A DNA stretch of 64,000 nucleotides from Fidelibacterota bacterium. Its GTDB lineage: Bacteria > Fidelibacterota > Marinisomatia > Marinisomatales > TCS56. The notes beneath the pieces were generated by a model. The model saw nothing but the letters and a program-made list of their open reading frames with translations, made no database searches and had not been told where the DNA came from. Below, in pieces: positions 59,059 through 64,000 of this stretch; within the stretch, counting starts at the first letter, position 1; each line of letters starts with the position of its first letter. The stretch covers positions 1 to 64,000 of the forward strand of contig JBDRBK010000055.1 of the NCBI GenBank assembly GCA_043822705.1, given 5' to 3'. The translations under genes were made by a program, and so were the position numbers.

Positions 59059-59936
59059 TTCAAGAATTGCATTAGGTTCAGTTCCATGACATTGGATGCC
59101 GATTGCAGTGCGGCCTGGTAAGAAATTTCTTCGGCGTTGTACAGCGTTATCGCCTCGGCCATGTCAACATCTTCGTTCTGTGACAGAATCGATGTCAGGT
59201 TCAGATTAGCCGTTTCCAGGCGCTGCCGGGCAAACTCAATCTGGTTGCTGATGGAACCGACCGAGGTGAGCAGGATCAGGGTGTTGTCGGCCGCCGAGCG
59301 CAGAGCGGTAATCGAATCCCGGACGGCGGCGGCGTCATTGGTTTCCAGGGCGGTTTTCAGGTCGGCCGCAGCCGTAAAGGCGGTCGAATCAAGCAATTGC
59401 TGACCGTTGATGTTGATCGCCACCGAGTGGTTCTCGGTGATGCGTCTGGTGATATTGCCGCTATTACCGTTATAGCTGATCGTATCGCCGATACGGTCGA
59501 ACGGCAGATCATCCTGGGTTGCGGTGCCGCCGAACAGAAATTTATCCATGTAGGTCGTGTTGACCAGCGAAACCATTTCATCTATAATTCCGTTGACCTT
59601 GATTGCCATCGCCGCCCGGGACTCGGCCGAATTGGATTCATCGGCGCCTTGAGTGGCCAGTTCCTTGGCCGCTTCCAACTGCTGGTAAAACTGGTCCAGC
59701 GTATCGGTGGTAGTGGTCAGCCAGCCTTCGGAATCATTGATGGTGCGCAGGTATTGTTCGTTATTGCTGATCGCCGTCCGGAAACGCGAATTGCGGGTAA
59801 AATCCACCGGATCATTGGAGGGGCGCTGAATTTCCTTGCCGGTCGACATGGCCACCTGCAGGGTATTCAGATTTTCACGACTCTGGTTCATGCTCTGAAT
59901 GATATTGCGAGCGATCATTGATTGAGTGACACGCAT
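59055..59936 (-). CDS. flgL: Hook-associated protein 3 FlgL
   Basis: MRVTQSM, STGKEIQRPSNDP, FLFGG, EDVDMAEAI, YQAALQ. Confidence 0.93.
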   Translation of the reverse strand: MRVTQSMIARNIIQSMNQSRENLNTLQVAMSTGKEIQRPSNDPVDFTRNSRFRTAISNNEQYLRTINDSEGWLTTTTDTLDQFYQQLEAAKELATQGADESNSAESRAAMAIKVNGIIDEMVSLVNTTYMDKFLFGGTATQDDLPFDRIGDTISYNGNSGNITRRITENHSVAININGQQLLDSTAFTAAADLKTALETNDAAAVRDSITALRSAADNTLILLTSVGSISNQIEFARQRLETANLNLTSILSQNEDVDMAEAITLYNAEEISYQAALQSASNVMELNLMQFLK

Positions 59937-59982
59937 CTGGTTCAGTCCTTTGTTATCAAATTCTTTCGACTGGCATCGTCCA

Positions 59983-61338
59983 TCAGCCCATCATTGCCAG
60001 TACCTGGTCAAACATTTCATCAACAGTATTTATCAGCCGGGCGGCGGCATTGTATCCCTGCTCGAACTGAATCAGGCGCGCCATTTCTTCATCCAGCGAC
60101 ACCGCCGAAACGGCATCCCGCTGGTTCTGCAGATTTTGAACGACTTTTTCCTGGTTAAGTCGCAGGAAGGAACTGGATTGCTTGGCGTTGCCGATATCGC
60201 CGACCAGCGTGAAATAGGCCTCGCTGACGGTGTTACCGTTAACGATATCTTCATAACGCAGATCGGACAACTGCTGAGCCACTGAGCCATCACCCTTATC
60301 ACTGGCGCTGGCGGAGGCAGCGATGTACTGCGGATTATTGAGGATATCCGGATTGACGGCCATGTTTACAGCGCTGTCAATGCCGGGGACAAAGAAATTA
60401 ATCCCGGTGATTCCGCTCTGGTTATAACCGGAAGCATGGACGCGGTTGGACTGGGCCGTCAGGGCCTGGGCCATCTGATCCATTTTGGCTTGGTATTCCG
60501 GGATGACAGTATCATGAATTTCCGTCAAACTGCTCAATTCACCAGACTCCAGTTTCAGCACTCGCCCGCTCTCGGCATAGGTCAGGTGTGAGGTCATAGT
60601 ATTGCCGTCGGCAGTAGTCGTGGTGCCCAGCAGATGGGTCTCCGTGTTGGAAGCCAGCACCAGCCCGCCGGTCGATACGATCACACTGCCGCTTTCCTGC
60701 ACCAGGACATCGATCGGCAGTTTTTCCGCGAGTTGTTCCAACAACTGGTTGCGCTGGTCGATCAGGTCGAAACCTGGTTTACTTTCGATCTGGCTGTTCA
60801 GGGTGCCGATCTGGGTGATTAACTGGTTGGCTTCCCGGACCCGGATATCAATTTCCTTGCGCAGGTTATCGCGCAGGTTTTCCAGTTGAGTGTAGGTCTG
60901 ATTGAAAGACCGCGCCAGGATGATACCCTTGTTTTTGACTTCACTGCGGGCGGTCTGACTTTCGGGATTGTTGGCCAGATCGCTCCAGGAATCCCAGAAC
61001 TCGGACATGACATTCGACAATCCCGTGTCGGACGGCTCGGCAAATATTTCTTCAATCTGACTATATAAAAGTTCCGCCGTCTCATGCTTGCCCAAGTCCT
61101 GTCGTTCATAAAGGATCTGACTTTCGGCAAAGGACTGGCGCAGCTGGACCGCCCCCTCCAGCGTCAATCCCTGCTGCAACTGGTTCAGGCCGAGGCCGGT
61201 CACCGAGGTGAAATCGGGACACAGGCGGGTGTAGCCTTCGGTATTTACATTGGCAATATTCTTGGCCGTGGTGTTGATAGCCGCCTGGTGTTTCAGCAGC
61301 GACTGTTTACTGATCTCGAAGATACTAGTTATTGCCAC
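59983..61338 (-). CDS. flgK: Hook-associated protein 1 FlgK
   Basis: NIANVNTEGY, FWDSWSDLANNPES, DQRNQL, VSLDEEM...Y.AAAR. Confidence 0.95.
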   Translation of the reverse strand: MAITSIFEISKQSLLKHQAAINTTAKNIANVNTEGYTRLCPDFTSVTGLGLNQLQQGLTLEGAVQLRQSFAESQILYERQDLGKHETAELLYSQIEEIFAEPSDTGLSNVMSEFWDSWSDLANNPESQTARSEVKNKGIILARSFNQTYTQLENLRDNLRKEIDIRVREANQLITQIGTLNSQIESKPGFDLIDQRNQLLEQLAEKLPIDVLVQESGSVIVSTGGLVLASNTETHLLGTTTTADGNTMTSHLTYAESGRVLKLESGELSSLTEIHDTVIPEYQAKMDQMAQALTAQSNRVHASGYNQSGITGINFFVPGIDSAVNMAVNPDILNNPQYIAASASASDKGDGSVAQQLSDLRYEDIVNGNTVSEAYFTLVGDIGNAKQSSSFLRLNQEKVVQNLQNQRDAVSAVSLDEEMARLIQFEQGYNAAARLINTVDEMFDQVLAMMG

Positions 61339-61347
61339 GCTGTCACC

Positions 61348-61863
61348 TCAGATCTGGTAATCAAACATTTTATTGGTCGACGTGACACCATTCAGCATTC
61401 CGCTGGGTGTGTAAATACCCGGAGCGGCATTCTCGCGGTTCAGAAACAGGTTCACCAGACCGTGAATAAAATCGATCGATGAATTCAACAGGTAGCGATT
61501 CTCCTTGTTGATGCTCTGAATATCCTCGACGGCGACCTTTAACTGGTCCCGCAGATGCACCAGCCGCACCCGGTTATCGCGGGGGGCCAGGTCGATGATC
61601 TGCCGCAGCGTCAATTCACCGGTCAGACCGTGCTTGTTCATGATTTGCCGAACATGCTCGTTGCGTTTGCGGGAATAATTCATCGTCTTCTGAATACTGG
61701 CCTGCTCGCTGCCGATAATTTCCCTGAGATTGGGAACATCCGCTGCAACAATCGCTTTCTGTTTGCGCTTCAGCTCATTTAAAAGGGCCTGGTAGATAGC
61801 GTACTCTTCGTTCATCAATTCGATCAGCTTATCAAAGTCAGGATCAGTAATCGGTCTATTCAT
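61348..61863 (-). CDS. flgN: Flagellar export chaperone FlgN
   Basis: Helical protein with KQKAIV, IN..N..LL and a YTPSG tail; directly upstream of flgK. Confidence 0.8.
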   Translation of the reverse strand: MNRPITDPDFDKLIELMNEEYAIYQALLNELKRKQKAIVAADVPNLREIIGSEQASIQKTMNYSRKRNEHVRQIMNKHGLTGELTLRQIIDLAPRDNRVRLVHLRDQLKVAVEDIQSINKENRYLLNSSIDFIHGLVNLFLNRENAAPGIYTPSGMLNGVTSTNKMFDYQI

Positions 61864-62236
61864 TCCGGGGCCGCAAATATTGGATTTTACTTAACAGTTC
61901 GATCTCATCCAGCACCGGCGTGGGCAGTTCGCGACCGGCATTTTCCTGACTGGTCAGGGAGCGGTAAATCATGTCCGCCAGGCCGATGCCGCCCTGCTCC
62001 GCTACTGCTTTCCCCATTGTCGAGCTGAACATCATCGTCGAAAGATTATTATCCGATCCTTCCTCGGAACGGCGGTCGATGGTCTTTTCCATCGCCTTGA
62101 ATAACTGGCTGATGAAAACCGCTTCCAGATCACGGCTTTTCGCGCGCAGTTGCAGTTCCCGTGACTTCTCATTTTTCAGATCGCCACCGGTTTTAGTGGA
62201 ATCGACGGCCAGGGGCTGTTTGGTAACGATATCCAT
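61856..62236 (-). CDS. flgJ: FlgJ rod-binding domain only (no muramidase)
   Basis: DLEAVFISQLFKAMEKT, GGIGLADMIYRSL. Confidence 0.85.
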   Translation of the reverse strand: MDIVTKQPLAVDSTKTGGDLKNEKSRELQLRAKSRDLEAVFISQLFKAMEKTIDRRSEEGSDNNLSTMMFSSTMGKAVAEQGGIGLADMIYRSLTSQENAGRELPTPVLDEIELLSKIQYLRPRNE

Positions 62237-62237
62237 T

Positions 62238-63392
62238 TTACATGATGATCAGCCGGGCGTTCAGCGCGCCGGCCTGTTTAATGGCCTGAAAAATCGCCAC
62301 GATGTCCCGCGGGCGAACCCCCAGATCGTTCAAAGCGGCCGCCAGGTCGCTGACCGAGGTGGTCCGGGGAATGACGGCGATCTTGGCTTCCGCCTCATCG
62401 ATTTCGGTGTCGGTCACCTGTTCCACCAGCGTTTCACTGAAAGCCTGGGGATCGGAAAAGACCGGCTCCTGACGAGTATGAATGGTAATATTACCGTGTG
62501 TAATCATTATTTCATCGATGATCACCCGGCCACCGGCCACGACCGTGCCGGTCCGCTCGTTGATCACCACCCGCGCTTCCACATCGGGCTCGACCAGCAG
62601 TGTTTCGATGCTGGCCACGAAGGATACGGCCCGATCCAGGGAAATTTTCTTTTGGGGATAGGCCACCTCGACCACCCCGGCATTGAGGGCTTTTGCCAGT
62701 ACTACGGCATCTTTGTCAGTCAACACCAGCTCGGTCTCCGACACGCTCAGGTTAATGGCATCGGCGATCCGGTTGGCGGTGACGAAATCTGGTTCGGTCA
62801 GCAACAGCCGGATCGGTTGTTCCAGGTTGATTGACGGCAAATTGGTTGTCGTCCGGACAATCGCCCCGCCGGGAACCCGGCCTACGAGGGCATGATTCCG
62901 TCGCAGTTTTTCGCCGGCCTGAGTCTCAATGTTGAAGCCGCCGATCGAAATCGATCCCTGGGCCTGCCCGTAATATTCACCGTCGGGATCCAGCAGCGGC
63001 GTCATGATCAGCACACCGCCCTCCAGACTGGTGGCATCCCCCAGGGAAGAAACGACCACATCGAACCGCGATCCCTGCCGGGCGAATAACGGCGTGGTGG
63101 ATGTCACCATCACGGCGGCGGCGTTCCGGGTACGCAGTTGATCGGATGGCACGGAAATACCAAAATTCTCTAACATGTTACTGATACTCTGAACCGTGAA
63201 CATGGCACCGCGACTGCCGGTGGACCGATCGCCGGTCCCATTCAGACCGACCACCAGACCATAGCCGATCAGCGGTATGTCAAAATTATTTTCGAGCGAA
63301 ACGATATCCTTGATCCGCACACCGGCCGCCAGTAAATCCAGAGACAGGGATAAAACCAGTATCGTAGCTAAGATCGACGGACGGCGCATCAC
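62238..63392 (-). CDS. flgI: Flagellar P-ring protein FlgI
   Basis: RIKDI, LIGYGLVVGLNGTGD, GDATSLEGG, VVINERTGTVV, AIKQAGALNA. Confidence 0.97.
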   Translation of the reverse strand: MMRRPSILATILVLSLSLDLLAAGVRIKDIVSLENNFDIPLIGYGLVVGLNGTGDRSTGSRGAMFTVQSISNMLENFGISVPSDQLRTRNAAAVMVTSTTPLFARQGSRFDVVVSSLGDATSLEGGVLIMTPLLDPDGEYYGQAQGSISIGGFNIETQAGEKLRRNHALVGRVPGGAIVRTTTNLPSINLEQPIRLLLTEPDFVTANRIADAINLSVSETELVLTDKDAVVLAKALNAGVVEVAYPQKKISLDRAVSFVASIETLLVEPDVEARVVINERTGTVVAGGRVIIDEIMITHGNITIHTRQEPVFSDPQAFSETLVEQVTDTEIDEAEAKIAVIPRTTSVSDLAAALNDLGVRPRDIVAIFQAIKQAGALNARLIIM

Positions 63393-64000
63393 GAAACCCC
63401 GACTACGGCCACGGCCAGTAGTCCGACCCCCAGAATCCAGGTGCCCCAGCGCTGCATCGCGCCAGGCTTGGAAACGGCATTGGACAGACCGGTCTTGCGG
63501 TAGGTGATCTTGGCATCGGCGATATTGTAGGAATAAACGGAATTATTGGCCTGGATATCCTTGGCGCGTACCGAACCGCTCAATTTCATCAGGTTGGTTT
63601 CACCGTTCACTTCTAGCACCCGTTCGCCTTCGATCCGGAAATCACCGTTGGGCTTTTTCTTGGTGATCGTAGCGGTGATTTTGCCGGTGAGCCGTTCCTT
63701 CTGCTCGGTACCTTCGCTGCCTTTATGCGAGTTACCCATGGAGGCATCGGCGCCGAACAGCGGCAGAAAATTGGTCAGCGTGCCGGTCACGCCACCGCCC
63801 ACGGCCATATCACTCTCCATCGAACTGTTGACCTTGGATTCCCTGGTGGCATCGGCGGTCTCGACGATCAGGACCAATACCACATCCCCCACTTCGTGGG
63901 CCTTCACGTCACTGAAAAGACCCCGGCTGAGCCGATCCTGCGCCTGCACCAGTCCCGGAACCAGCAGCAGTAAAACTGCCAGTAATTTTATTTTTCCGGT
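63389..64000 (-). CDS. flgH: Flagellar L-ring protein FlgH (start codon just outside the window)
   Basis: LFSDVKAHEVGD, IEGER...VNGE, SGSVRAKDI..NNSV.S..IADAKITY; frame open to the window edge. Confidence 0.92.
   Translation of the reverse strand, partial: TGKIKLLAVLLLLVPGLVQAQDRLSRGLFSDVKAHEVGDVVLVLIVETADATRESKVNSSMESDMAVGGGVTGTLTNFLPLFGADASMGNSHKGSEGTEQKERLTGKITATITKKKPNGDFRIEGERVLEVNGETNLMKLSGSVRAKDIQANNSVYSYNIADAKITYRKTGLSNAVSKPGAMQRWGTWILGVGLLAVAVVGVS

Overview
Bacterial (diderm, flagellated) chromosomal window with three blocks. (1) About 1-21.4 kb is rich in signal transduction: six sensor or hybrid histidine kinases, one stand-alone receiver, a DUF6901-like gene, a FlhG/MinD ATPase coupled to an M23 peptidase, tRNA-Lys(CTT), and several sigma54-type promoters. 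(2) About 21.4-58.3 kb is a ~37 kb surface-glycan island, almost all on the minus strand. It holds TPR-glycosyltransferases, a GT-C/GT2/TPR fusion, a TPR/polyprenol-phosphate GT2 fusion, three tandem paralogous GT-B-like proteins and an AsnB-type amidotransferase. It also holds an unusual nucleotide-sugar pathway: reversed HldE, GmhA, HAD phosphatase, two extended SDRs, an orphan E1alpha/beta pair, an acetolactate-synthase-like ThDP enzyme, an aldolase fused to a Maf/MptE-like domain, five methyltransferases and a 2x[4Fe-4S] LdpA homolog. (3) About 58.3-64 kb is the flagellar block flgH-flgI-flgJ-flgN-flgK-flgL-fliW-csrA, which reads directly into the glycan island. The best novelty candidate is a flagellum-linked pathway for branched or higher-carbon methylated sugars that embeds a homolog of the cyanobacterial clock protein LdpA. 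All family assignments come from motif recognition by eye; no database searches were run.
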